64,000 nt of DNA from a virus. Below are positions 47,295 through 55,883 of this stretch, one piece after another. The stretch spans positions 29,710 to 93,709 of the IMG/VR virus record IMGVR_UViG_3300027777_001718. One strand, 5' to 3'. Within the stretch, counting starts at the first letter, position 1. Each line of letters opens with the position of its first letter. The notes under the pieces were generated by a model that had not been told where the DNA came from, ran no database searches, and saw only the letters and a list, made by a program, of their open reading frames with translations. A program made the translations under genes and the position numbers.

Positions 47295-49226
47295 ATGTCA
47301 CCAAAAATAGTGCAAGATCAAATCTTGCGGGATACAAAACGAGCGCTTGACATACCGACAGCCGGCATTCAAACGCTTATCGACGATCTTCTGACAATTG
47401 ACGCCACTGATCAGGCGTCTGTACACGCTAAAGCTGCCGTCTTGCGAGAGCTAGCGGGGCGGCACGCGTTTCCGTCCCTTGAGCCATTACTTCCACTTGT
47501 ACTGAATCTTAATGGACGCCCGTACACTATAAAAGACCATTTTGCTTTTTCGCCATTATTCCGCGTCCTGACACCAAAAAACCAAGTATGGTGTACGGGC
47601 CGTCAGGTATCAAAATCTACGTCTCTTGCGGCGCATGGCGTGGTGTTTGCCAACTCTGTACCATTTTTTAAAACACTGTATATTACTCCTCGGTTTGAAC
47701 AGATTCGAAGATTTAGTAACAATTACGTACGGCCGTTTGTTGACTTGTCTCCAATCAAATCGCAGTGGAGCGGAACGAGTACAGAAAATTCTGTGCTGCA
47801 GCGTTCGTTCAAAAACAACTCGATGATGTTGTTTAGTTTTGCGTTGCTCGATGCCGATCGGGTCCGCGGTGTTAGTGCAGACAGAGTATGTATCGACGAA
47901 GTTCAGGACATGGACCCGGACCACGTACCGATCATTCAAGAAACAATGTCGTATAGTCGTTGGGGGACCAGTTACTACACAGGAACTCCGAAGACCCTAG
48001 ACAATTTAATTTACGGGTTATACAAACGCTCGTCTCAAGCCGAGTGGTTTATACCGTGTGAGTCTTGTAAACACTGGAACATACCAGCGCTTGAACATGA
48101 TCTTGACGCCATGATTGGCGATTACAATATTCATATCAGCGAAAAACAGCCGGGCACTGTTTGCGCAAAGTGTCGCAAGCCTGTTAATCCGCGGCACGGT
48201 CGTTGGGTGCACAGATACCCAGAACGCCGGTGGCAGTTTGCTGGCTATCACGTCCCGCAGATCATTTTGCCGCTCCACTTTGCCGACCCTGAAAAGTGGT
48301 CGACTTTGTTATTAAAACGGGAAGGGTATGGCAACATGACCCAAGCCCAGTTTTACAACGAAGTCATGGGCGAAAGCGTAGACACCGGACAGAAACTTAT
48401 TAGCGCAACAGATCTGCAAGCTGCGTGTGTGTTAGACTGGGAAAACAAGAAAGAACCAGACCCCAAGTGCTACAAAAATTTAGCTGACTACAAGCACCGC
48501 ATTCTGGCTATTGACTGGGGTGGCGGCGGGGAAGCCGGGATTAGTTTTACCGTGCTCACCGCAATGGGTTTTCGCCCCGACGGCACAATCGATGTGCTTT
48601 GGTCCAAGCGGCTGCTTATTGGCGGTGACCATCTGGCTGAAGCTATCGAGTGCATGAAGTGGTCAAACTTTTTTAAGTGCGACTTTGTGACGCATGACTA
48701 TACCGGTGCCGGCACGGTTCGCGAGACAGTTATGGTTCAAGCCGGATTTAACCTTGACCGAGTTATGGCTATGCGCCTCGTTCGGTCGGCGGCGCAGGAT
48801 TTGTTGGTGTACAAACCGCCGACCGAGATTAATCACCGCGCGCATTACAGTATCGACAAGACCAGATCGCTGCTGTACACCTGCCAAGCTATCAAATTGA
48901 AACAAGTCCGGTTTTTCCAGTACGACTGGGCGTCGCAGGATATGCCGGGTTTGATCTCTGACTTTTTGGCGCTTGTCGAAAACAAAGCTGACTCGCGAAC
49001 CAGTAGTGATATTTATACCATTACCCGGAACACTCTGCTGACTGACGACTTTGCGCAGGCCGTCAATCTCGGCTGCGCTGCGCTTTGGCACATCAACGAC
49101 GCGTGGCCCAACTTTGCAGCGATTGCCGGCGTGGCTAAGATCACTGAGCGCCAAGCCGCTGCCGAACGAATAGAAGAAGACGACTGGGCCGATGACGCTA
49201 TTGGCAGCCGCTATATGGGTTACTAA
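47295..49226 (+). CDS. terL: terminase large subunit (GpA-like)
   Basis: GRQVSKST Walker A, RVRG, CIDEVQD Walker B, GTPK, Zn finger, nuclease LAIDWGG and DDFAQA. Confidence 0.88.
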   Translation: MSPKIVQDQILRDTKRALDIPTAGIQTLIDDLLTIDATDQASVHAKAAVLRELAGRHAFPSLEPLLPLVLNLNGRPYTIKDHFAFSPLFRVLTPKNQVWCTGRQVSKSTSLAAHGVVFANSVPFFKTLYITPRFEQIRRFSNNYVRPFVDLSPIKSQWSGTSTENSVLQRSFKNNSMMLFSFALLDADRVRGVSADRVCIDEVQDMDPDHVPIIQETMSYSRWGTSYYTGTPKTLDNLIYGLYKRSSQAEWFIPCESCKHWNIPALEHDLDAMIGDYNIHISEKQPGTVCAKCRKPVNPRHGRWVHRYPERRWQFAGYHVPQIILPLHFADPEKWSTLLLKREGYGNMTQAQFYNEVMGESVDTGQKLISATDLQAACVLDWENKKEPDPKCYKNLADYKHRILAIDWGGGGEAGISFTVLTAMGFRPDGTIDVLWSKRLLIGGDHLAEAIECMKWSNFFKCDFVTHDYTGAGTVRETVMVQAGFNLDRVMAMRLVRSAAQDLLVYKPPTEINHRAHYSIDKTRSLLYTCQAIKLKQVRFFQYDWASQDMPGLISDFLALVENKADSRTSSDIYTITRNTLLTDDFAQAVNLGCAALWHINDAWPNFAAIAGVAKITERQAAAERIEEDDWADDAIGSRYMGY

Positions 49227-49549
49227 TAAATCCGCCAGCAGTAATTGCGCAAGTATTCTTTTACTATTGCAATATCGCGGATTGGTGTGGCTTCGATGTT
49301 TCGAACCACGACTAGCGCCGCGTCGTGCATAGCCTTTGCAGCTTCTGTGCAGTCCATGCTACTGTCGTATAAATCCCAGCCGGCGCCTGTCCTTGGGATT
49401 GCCGGGCCTTTACCGTGCACAGCAGCGTCAAGCAGGCTTTGAAATACGCCGTCTGGTTCAGTGTCATTTGCACCAAACGCGCGATACTTGCTTTGGATTT
49501 TTTCAAATTCTTTAATCCACGCTTTGATCGCTTCCAGCGGCACGGTCAT
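49223..49549 (-). CDS. hypothetical protein
   Basis: FGANDTEP motif; start MTVPLEA. Confidence 0.6.
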   Translation of the reverse strand: MTVPLEAIKAWIKEFEKIQSKYRAFGANDTEPDGVFQSLLDAAVHGKGPAIPRTGAGWDLYDSSMDCTEAAKAMHDAALVVVRNIEATPIRDIAIVKEYLRNYCWRIY

Positions 49550-49973
49550 TGCGGCTGATTTCGTCGAGGAGTTTTCCAAGGTTCTTGCCTTTGTCTGTAA
49601 TGGAGAACGCAAATGCACCTTTGTCGATGTCATACTCAGAGTCGAGTAACCCGCGTTTTACACCGCTGTGCAGCACATTTGACATGATGCGTTCGCCAAG
49701 CGCGTGCATCATTTTCATCATCTTTTGTTTGTATTCAGCTTCGTTGTCAGCGCCGATACCGAATTCGTCTTCTGTAAAAATATTACAGTGTTCTTTGATA
49801 ATATTAATCGTTTCCTGCGTAGACAAAAACTCTTGCATGTACTCGGTCATTTGCGGCAGTTTGTCTTCGCACATTTTTTCAAGAAATCGATGAAAAGCTT
49901 GTAACGCCATATTTCGGACGTCTTCTACACCAGTATGTGTGTGGTGCGCGTCATTGTTTTCAAAATCAGCCAT
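49512..49973 (-). CDS. hypothetical protein
   Basis: AGGAG RBS before MADFENND. Confidence 0.65.
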   Translation of the reverse strand: MADFENNDAHHTHTGVEDVRNMALQAFHRFLEKMCEDKLPQMTEYMQEFLSTQETINIIKEHCNIFTEDEFGIGADNEAEYKQKMMKMMHALGERIMSNVLHSGVKRGLLDSEYDIDKGAFAFSITDKGKNLGKLLDEISRNDRAAGSDQSVD

Positions 49974-50280
49974 TGATGTTCTCCTGCAGTGTGGCCGCGA
50001 TGACCGCAGCGTCATATCGACCCTTGGCCAAAATACGGTCGCGGGCGGCGTTCCGCAACTTGGCGAGATGCGCGGCGTAGCCGTCGTCTGTGTGCACTAC
50101 AGCTTCGGCGCTGGAGAAGCTATGCGGCTTCCCTGTCAACTTGTTGTCGCCGCTGCCCATGATGTACTCGATGGCATTCAGCTTGACAACATGTCGCGTG
50201 TCTTCCATTTCCATTTCGTGGGTCACGGCGGCGGCAAGCGAGACTGCGGCTTGTTCGATCTTGTTTGCGTAATCGCTCAT
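49966..50280 (-). CDS. conserved phage protein
   Basis: N.LTGKPHS.SSAE..V..D..Y motif. Confidence 0.65.
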   Translation of the reverse strand: MSDYANKIEQAAVSLAAAVTHEMEMEDTRHVVKLNAIEYIMGSGDNKLTGKPHSFSSAEAVVHTDDGYAAHLAKLRNAARDRILAKGRYDAAVIAATLQENING

Positions 50281-50591
50281 TGGTCTTCTTCCTTATCAAA
50301 TTTGTCGGCTAGTGCTGTAACAACTTGTTCTATATCAGAAACCGCCGTGTCAAAGCGGCGGATTACTTCGTCTGGGTCGCTGGCTTCGTCTTGCGCTTCA
50401 AATAACAAAAAGGCAAACAACGTGTCGCCGCAAGCGAGGATGACTTTGTTGCCACCCACGCGTTTTTTGTAGGCTTCAAAGGTTTCGTTTTCTTCGGGCG
50501 GTTCCAGCGCGAGCAAGTCCGACCCGGGATACGCGTCATAGATATCTTTAGGCGTGACTTTCATTCGGCGCACACTCCTCCTACGAGCCAT
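50277..50591 (-). CDS. hypothetical protein, paralog of 51339-51668
   Basis: TP..IYD...ETF..Y..RV...CGD.LFAFLLFE shared. Confidence 0.7.
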   Translation of the reverse strand: MARRRSVRRMKVTPKDIYDAYPGSDLLALEPPEENETFEAYKKRVGGNKVILACGDTLFAFLLFEAQDEASDPDEVIRRFDTAVSDIEQVVTALADKFDKEEDQ

Positions 50592-51289
50592 TGCTCGCCG
50601 TGGTCAACTGTTTTGGTGGCGTAGAGTTTCTCTGCGAATTTCGCGTCTACTGTTCGCAGTCGCAGGGCCGCCACGTCCGCGGCAGCCCGCAGCTTGTGCC
50701 GTTGATTGCCAAAAACCTTCAACGGCTTCAGCATCTCGGTTGTGATCGGCTCTTTCGCAGTGCCGACTGTGTTTAGCGCTTCGCGGAACTTTTTTTCCGC
50801 AGTAGCGGCGGCTTCATGCTTTTCCCGCCACGCCGCGTAAATTTTGTCAAACTGAATGCGCTGTGCCGGCGTGAGCTGATCGGCTGTAAGTAGCCGCCTG
50901 ACTCCCGGGGTTTGCATTACGCTGATTGCGCACCGCAACCCGTAAGAACAATCAGACGCGTCGGTAATTATAAAAGAGCAGTTGTGGTCTTTGCTTAGTT
51001 TGCCTTCAAACGTCGGCTCTTTCGTTTTTTCTTCGCGGCGGTCTTTGTACTTGACCGCGATAGCGTTGCCCCACTTCTCGCAAACAGTGTCAAGGTAATC
51101 TTCCGCTGAGCGCTGCGTTTCAAATACGCGAGTTTCGACATGCAAACCGCGGAGCGTAGAGAAAGTGCCGTTGTAAGCGTTACTGCCGTACTCATCTGTC
51201 AGCTCGTCTACACGGTTTTTATACCGCTGTTCTAATTCTTTCTGTGTAAATCTGCCGTCAAAGACTTCGGTGTGAAAACACGCACCCAT
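50561..51289 (-). CDS. conserved phage protein
   Basis: MGA...EYG..AYNGT...KWG.A...WLVGG.C.E. Confidence 0.7.
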   Translation of the reverse strand: MGACFHTEVFDGRFTQKELEQRYKNRVDELTDEYGSNAYNGTFSTLRGLHVETRVFETQRSAEDYLDTVCEKWGNAIAVKYKDRREEKTKEPTFEGKLSKDHNCSFIITDASDCSYGLRCAISVMQTPGVRRLLTADQLTPAQRIQFDKIYAAWREKHEAAATAEKKFREALNTVGTAKEPITTEMLKPLKVFGNQRHKLRAAADVAALRLRTVDAKFAEKLYATKTVDHGEQWLVGGVCAE

Positions 51290-51338
51290 TGTTACTCCGG
51301 GGTATCGAGATCATAGTTAGCTGTTGTTTACTGGTAAT

Positions 51339-51668
51339 TTACGGGCACGGCGGACCGTTGGGTTGCAGTTTGAGCAATTTAATTCGCACCTGCATCATAT
51401 TGCGGATTGCTACGTCAAGTAACCGGACTGCCGTGCTAATTGTCCCGTTTGCGCTGGACAATTCAAACAACAAAAAAGCAAACAGCACATCGCCGCAATT
51501 TAGAATAGCGCCGTCAGTTACGCGAGCGCGATATTCAGCAAAAGTTTCAGTTGTAGTTGGCGCCGGTAGCGCAACAGGATTAGAGCCGTCGGGCAACAAA
51601 TCTAAACCAGCCGTGTACCAGTCGTAGATTTCTCTCGGCGTAAATTGCTGTGTATCTGGCATAATCAC
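51339..51668 (-). CDS. hypothetical protein, paralog of 50277-50591
   Basis: same CGD.LFAFLLFE motif. Confidence 0.7.
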   Translation of the reverse strand: MIMPDTQQFTPREIYDWYTAGLDLLPDGSNPVALPAPTTTETFAEYRARVTDGAILNCGDVLFAFLLFELSSANGTISTAVRLLDVAIRNMMQVRIKLLKLQPNGPPCP

Positions 51669-51925
51669 TCCGGGTTATTGAGATACTGTATAGCCTGTTG
51701 TTCTTGGCGCGTCGGTTTGCGCTGTGGGAACTTGTCTGAGTGGCATACATAGCAGCGACTCTGGCGACAGCCCGAGCAGCGCCACGTTTTACGAAAACGA
51801 CCAACATCTGGGACGTATCTGTTGTCATCTGGGCCTAAACAGCCAGCCAGTTGCTTATACTGCTGTACACGTTTTGCAATGATGTGCTTTTCTTCGTGGT
51901 AGCGTTTCATTAAGTAACCTCGCAA
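51665..51925 (-). CDS. small Cys-rich protein
   Basis: GRFRK..CSGC...CYVCH..K. Confidence 0.6.
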   Translation of the reverse strand: MRGYLMKRYHEEKHIIAKRVQQYKQLAGCLGPDDNRYVPDVGRFRKTWRCSGCRQSRCYVCHSDKFPQRKPTRQEQQAIQYLNNPE

Positions 51926-52353
51926 AGTAAGACTGTCTTACATCCGCATTGTTTGGCAATGTTTACGACATTCGTTGCGTAAACCGATACTGGGTTTTCG
52001 CGTTTCAGGGCGCCCGCTGTAATTAGCGCCTGTAAACCTAGCCGCGCAAAACCTCGATTCCGAAGTTCTGGGTCGACAAAGCATTCTATGGTTTGAGCCA
52101 TAATTGTCTCGCCCTTGAATTTTTCAGGCCACAAACGCGTGCCGACCCAGCCGGCGAGCATGCTGTTGCACCAGATGAGCGCAATGGCCATCTCTGGATG
52201 CGGACCGGGTGTGGGCGTGACGTAGCGTTTTTCTAGCTCTTTTTGAATTGAGCTTTCGCTTTTGGAGTCGGGCCAAGACAGGCGCGTGTAGATAGCCGAA
52301 ACGTCGATGGTTCCGAGCTTATTGATATCTTTGACGAAGATGCGAAATTCCAT
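51910..52353 (-). CDS. GNAT-family acetyltransferase
   Basis: motif A FVDPELRNRGFAR; GGAG RBS before MEFRIF. Confidence 0.7.
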   Translation of the reverse strand: MEFRIFVKDINKLGTIDVSAIYTRLSWPDSKSESSIQKELEKRYVTPTPGPHPEMAIALIWCNSMLAGWVGTRLWPEKFKGETIMAQTIECFVDPELRNRGFARLGLQALITAGALKRENPVSVYATNVVNIAKQCGCKTVLLCEVT

Positions 52354-52389
52354 GGTAAGTTCTCCACGACTTACCACAAATTTTAACAA

Positions 52390-52462
52390 AGCCGGTGGCC
52401 GGGAACGATCCGGCGACATTTTGTTTACAAAACAAACGCTCTACCAACTGAGCTACACCGGC
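52390..52462 (-). tRNA. tRNA-Thr (UGU) with non-canonical T-loop, no encoded CCA
   Basis: GCCGGTG/CACCGGC acceptor, GCTCAGTTGGTAGAGC D arm, TTTGT-TT TGT AA-ACAAA anticodon arm, GCCGG-ATCGTTC-CCGGC T arm. Confidence 0.88.
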
Positions 52463-52469
52463 AGTCTAT

Positions 52470-52931
52470 CTAAGTGAGCGCTGCAGCCTCCGGCCAGTAG
52501 TATGGCAGATCTACAGGCTCTTGCCATCCAAATTTTGAGTAGTGCGCGTAGTTTTTGCGCAGCAAATTGCTTCTGTGGGCAGCGTGGAATCTGCGGCTGC
52601 CAATCCACGGCGGATAGTGGTTGTGCACCACAAGCGGTCGCATCCGGGAATAGGCCGCCATGAACTCCGGGTGCAAGCTGTCGTTGAAACCGCGGGAAAT
52701 CCACTCACGGCAAACGACGGCAGAATAAACCACCAGTGCTAACTCATATCCGGTCCACATTTTCACAGCCGGATGGTTGCGCCAACGAGATACATAGGGC
52801 TCGTGCTGTCCGATACCCACGCCGAGCGCCAATAAGATTTGTTTGCATTCGACTCGTTGTTTGCCGAGTCTTTTGTTATCTAAACACCTTGCTGAAACTC
52901 GAAAACTCCTGCTCGGTAAGAACGTTTGCAT
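52470..52931 (-). CDS. pyrimidine dimer DNA glycosylase/DenV-like (MSMEG_6728 family)
   Basis: MQTFLP...LD.KRLGKQRVE..QI...HPAV.MW...HRSNLLRK...PY.WP. Confidence 0.85.
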   Translation of the reverse strand: MQTFLPSRSFRVSARCLDNKRLGKQRVECKQILLALGVGIGQHEPYVSRWRNHPAVKMWTGYELALVVYSAVVCREWISRGFNDSLHPEFMAAYSRMRPLVVHNHYPPWIGSRRFHAAHRSNLLRKNYAHYSKFGWQEPVDLPYYWPEAAALT

Positions 52932-52939
52932 AGCTCCTT

Positions 52940-53254
52940 CTATTCGTTGTCTAGGACGTCATCTTCGGCATCTCCGGCGTAATCTTCGTCGTAGCTTGCG
53001 TCGTCGTCGATAAGCTCGTCGTCGTTATCGTCGTCAGCCCACTCTTCATCGTCTTCAACGTCGTCTAAGTTTTCGTCATCGTCGATATAAAAATTGACGT
53101 CTGGTTTGACCTCAATAAGCCCTGTGTCATCATCGTCATCATCGTCAACGTCGTTTACAAACTGCCACTCTTCTTCAATGAAATCGTCATCAAGACCGTC
53201 ATCATGACGATTACAGCTATTACTATTGAACAACATTAACGATGTTTGACACAT
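52940..53254 (-). CDS. extremely acidic small protein
   Basis: D/E-dominated sequence with spaced aromatic residues. Confidence 0.6.
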   Translation of the reverse strand: MCQTSLMLFNSNSCNRHDDGLDDDFIEEEWQFVNDVDDDDDDDTGLIEVKPDVNFYIDDDENLDDVEDDEEWADDDNDDELIDDDASYDEDYAGDAEDDVLDNE

Positions 53255-53255
53255 A

Positions 53256-55883
53256 TTAGCCAGTCTCACGCGCAAGTGAATGATTCGTATCAACCCAAAA
53301 CCGATCACACCAGTTTGTGTTTACAAGAAGTCCGGGCGCGCCGTGTACAACGTCTTCGCCCGCAAATACGCCGGCAGCCGTAAATAAGTCTACAATTATT
53401 AGCCAGTTTGGTGCAGTAGTTTTTTCTGTATAAAAATACCGGTCGATAGCGCGTTTGCTAAGCCACCAGTTATCTTTGCGCCGGAGAATGTAATTTTGCG
53501 GCTGATCTTTACGTCTGGGCCGCGGGAGAATAGCTAGTTTTTCCGACTGTAAAGCATTATTTACGCTTTCCATCAGGGCAACGTGGGCGTCTTCCGGGGT
53601 GACTAGTTGATTTAGGGCGCATGACAGCTGAAAAGACGCCCCGTACGTTTGGGTCAACCATTCGTGGATATCGGACAGAACGGCTTGCGATAATGGCGCG
53701 CCGCTGGCCATAGCACGCATTCTGTGCCGAAGCGTACGCTGGATATACGCCGGTAGGACGTGCTGCAGGACCGAGAAATCTGTGGTCGCTGGCGGCGCAG
53801 TGCCAGTAATGACCTGCCAGTTATAGCCGGGCGCAATTGTGCTGCAGAGCGGTGTAAGTCGCGCAAACAGGGCCCGATTGTGGCACTTGGTTACTGATGA
53901 ATTAAACGTAGCATCATCAAAAGCGCTTGATGCAAACATGGGCCAATCGAGCGTGCTTGTGTATTCGCCCAGCTGCTTGCTTACGTGGTTTTTCTGGACG
54001 ATAGACAGGCGCACGTTCCGGCAACCTAGCGCTTCGCCAATTTTAGCCGCTGTCTCGAAATTAGCGCCGACTAGCCCGGTGGCAATGTTATCTTTACGCA
54101 AAATTGGCGCAATAAGGTTTGTAGCTACGGCGGCAAACACGTTCCAGACAAAAGCGTTCTCATAGCTTGGCGTCAAGAACTGTTTGATTGCCGGCGGGGC
54201 GACTTGCGCAGGTACCGGGAAAACAGCGCGATTTTTTTTAGCTATGCCGATTGGGGCTGGTACGATGCAACCCATAGTGTCGATAGCATAGTCTGCGAAT
54301 CTGAATGCCGAGCCTCGTTCGTCCCAGCCAATACTGCTCGATACGACAATTAATTCTGGTTGGTGGAGCTGAATAGCGAGGAGATGACTGCGCCTGTTCC
54401 ACGCCCTGTCAAAGACAATAAGCTTTCCGTAGGGTGCCGCTGTGGCCGCCGCGTATGCTAACAGTCCCATGTTTTCTATGATGGCGGCGCTGTCGGAGAA
54501 CTCAATAACATCGTCGCCAGCGTATATTTTGCCGATATAGTTTTTTTCGCCGTTGTCTGCTTGCACGATTTTTTCGATGATAATACGGGCAGAACAGACG
54601 TGATGCCCGATGTGGTTCCACCAGCCACTTTCCTTTTCTATTACAATCCAACGACGATGCGCTTTTGTTGGCGCAGCCGGTGCGACGTTCACGGCGGTCA
54701 ATACGCGTGAAACAAACCCGGGCGAAAACTTGGCAGTGTCTTTTTTGAAAAATTGGTTGAGTTTTTCGTGCGGAACAAGTAAACGCGACGCGAACGAATA
54801 CGCTGCGATTTCGCTCATACCGGCGAGAGTTTTTTGCAGGCTTGTCTGCCACGTTTCAGCGTGTTTGTGGATATCTGCCAGCTGCGCCATAATGGGATTG
54901 GGGCTTTTTGTTTTGTTAGTTAAATGGGTCACGCAAGCGTAACCCTTGGCGAGCGCTGCGCGGCTGATCAGCTCGGGGGTGACCGCGCTGCCCTGAAACA
55001 GGCGCGAGATTGGCGGAAACGCTTGCCAGCTCGATCCATAACTATTGGCTTCTGGGCCGCTGTAGCTTGCCATGATCGGAAGTAGCCCTAATCCCCGCTG
55101 GAGCTGCGTGCACTGCGCGCTAATGGCCCAGAAAGGGTCGTCTACGATAAACTGCGCGCCTTTTAAAATTGCTGGTGCGCTTGCGAGCGCGCTTTGCATT
55201 AAAAAATATCCGGCGTCTGGCCGCTGGCGCTTGTAGCTCGTTGTGGGGATAAACACTGACTTAGATTTAAACTCTTCGTCGTACTGCACCAGTAAAACAC
55301 CGGTAATCCGGCTCGGCAGATCGTAGAACGGCAGTACCAGCGTGGCGCCGTCTTCGCGCGCTTTTTTTGGCTTTGGGTGGCCCAGCGCGGCGCATAGCTT
55401 TGCGACTTGGTCTTTGTGGGCTACGCCAACGAGCCCGCGAGCGTTTATTTCGTGGTATACGCCTAATTCTCGTAACCGGCAGGCAATGATATCGTCGCTG
55501 TGGTTCCAGATCTGCGATTCGGCGTCAAACCAGAAGCTTTCAATAGCTTGTTGTTTGGCTAGCGCCCGCTCGTAATCACCGGCTAAATTGTCCTTTTCGC
55601 TGGAATTTACTAGGCCCAGCTCGGCAAATTTCTTTAACGTAGTAGGAAGGCTTGTATTCCATAACGCGGCACCAAACGTTATGATATCTCCATGGGCGGC
55701 GCACGCATTGCAGTGCAGCCAGATGCCGTCCGTGACAATATCGTCAAACAAATGTAACGTGTTTTGTTGACATAACGGACAGGAAACCACCGCCGGGAAA
55801 GACGGATTTTCCGGTGCTACGCCTAAAGCCGACAAGGCGCTGATGTGGTGATGTCGGCGGACTAAACAGGTAGGCAATCCCAT
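53256..55883 (-). CDS. large Zn-finger/degenerate primase-like protein
   Basis: CPLC...CNAC..GDII; LPFYD...RITG; TOPRIM-like FIVDDPFWAI; possible DUF927-like C-terminal part. Confidence 0.55.
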   Translation of the reverse strand: MGLPTCLVRRHHHISALSALGVAPENPSFPAVVSCPLCQQNTLHLFDDIVTDGIWLHCNACAAHGDIITFGAALWNTSLPTTLKKFAELGLVNSSEKDNLAGDYERALAKQQAIESFWFDAESQIWNHSDDIIACRLRELGVYHEINARGLVGVAHKDQVAKLCAALGHPKPKKAREDGATLVLPFYDLPSRITGVLLVQYDEEFKSKSVFIPTTSYKRQRPDAGYFLMQSALASAPAILKGAQFIVDDPFWAISAQCTQLQRGLGLLPIMASYSGPEANSYGSSWQAFPPISRLFQGSAVTPELISRAALAKGYACVTHLTNKTKSPNPIMAQLADIHKHAETWQTSLQKTLAGMSEIAAYSFASRLLVPHEKLNQFFKKDTAKFSPGFVSRVLTAVNVAPAAPTKAHRRWIVIEKESGWWNHIGHHVCSARIIIEKIVQADNGEKNYIGKIYAGDDVIEFSDSAAIIENMGLLAYAAATAAPYGKLIVFDRAWNRRSHLLAIQLHQPELIVVSSSIGWDERGSAFRFADYAIDTMGCIVPAPIGIAKKNRAVFPVPAQVAPPAIKQFLTPSYENAFVWNVFAAVATNLIAPILRKDNIATGLVGANFETAAKIGEALGCRNVRLSIVQKNHVSKQLGEYTSTLDWPMFASSAFDDATFNSSVTKCHNRALFARLTPLCSTIAPGYNWQVITGTAPPATTDFSVLQHVLPAYIQRTLRHRMRAMASGAPLSQAVLSDIHEWLTQTYGASFQLSCALNQLVTPEDAHVALMESVNNALQSEKLAILPRPRRKDQPQNYILRRKDNWWLSKRAIDRYFYTEKTTAPNWLIIVDLFTAAGVFAGEDVVHGAPGLLVNTNWCDRFWVDTNHSLARETG

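Noticed and set aside
49966-50280. UvsY-like recombination mediator
   Set aside because: Only a weak AE..V..D..Y resemblance and far from the recombination genes
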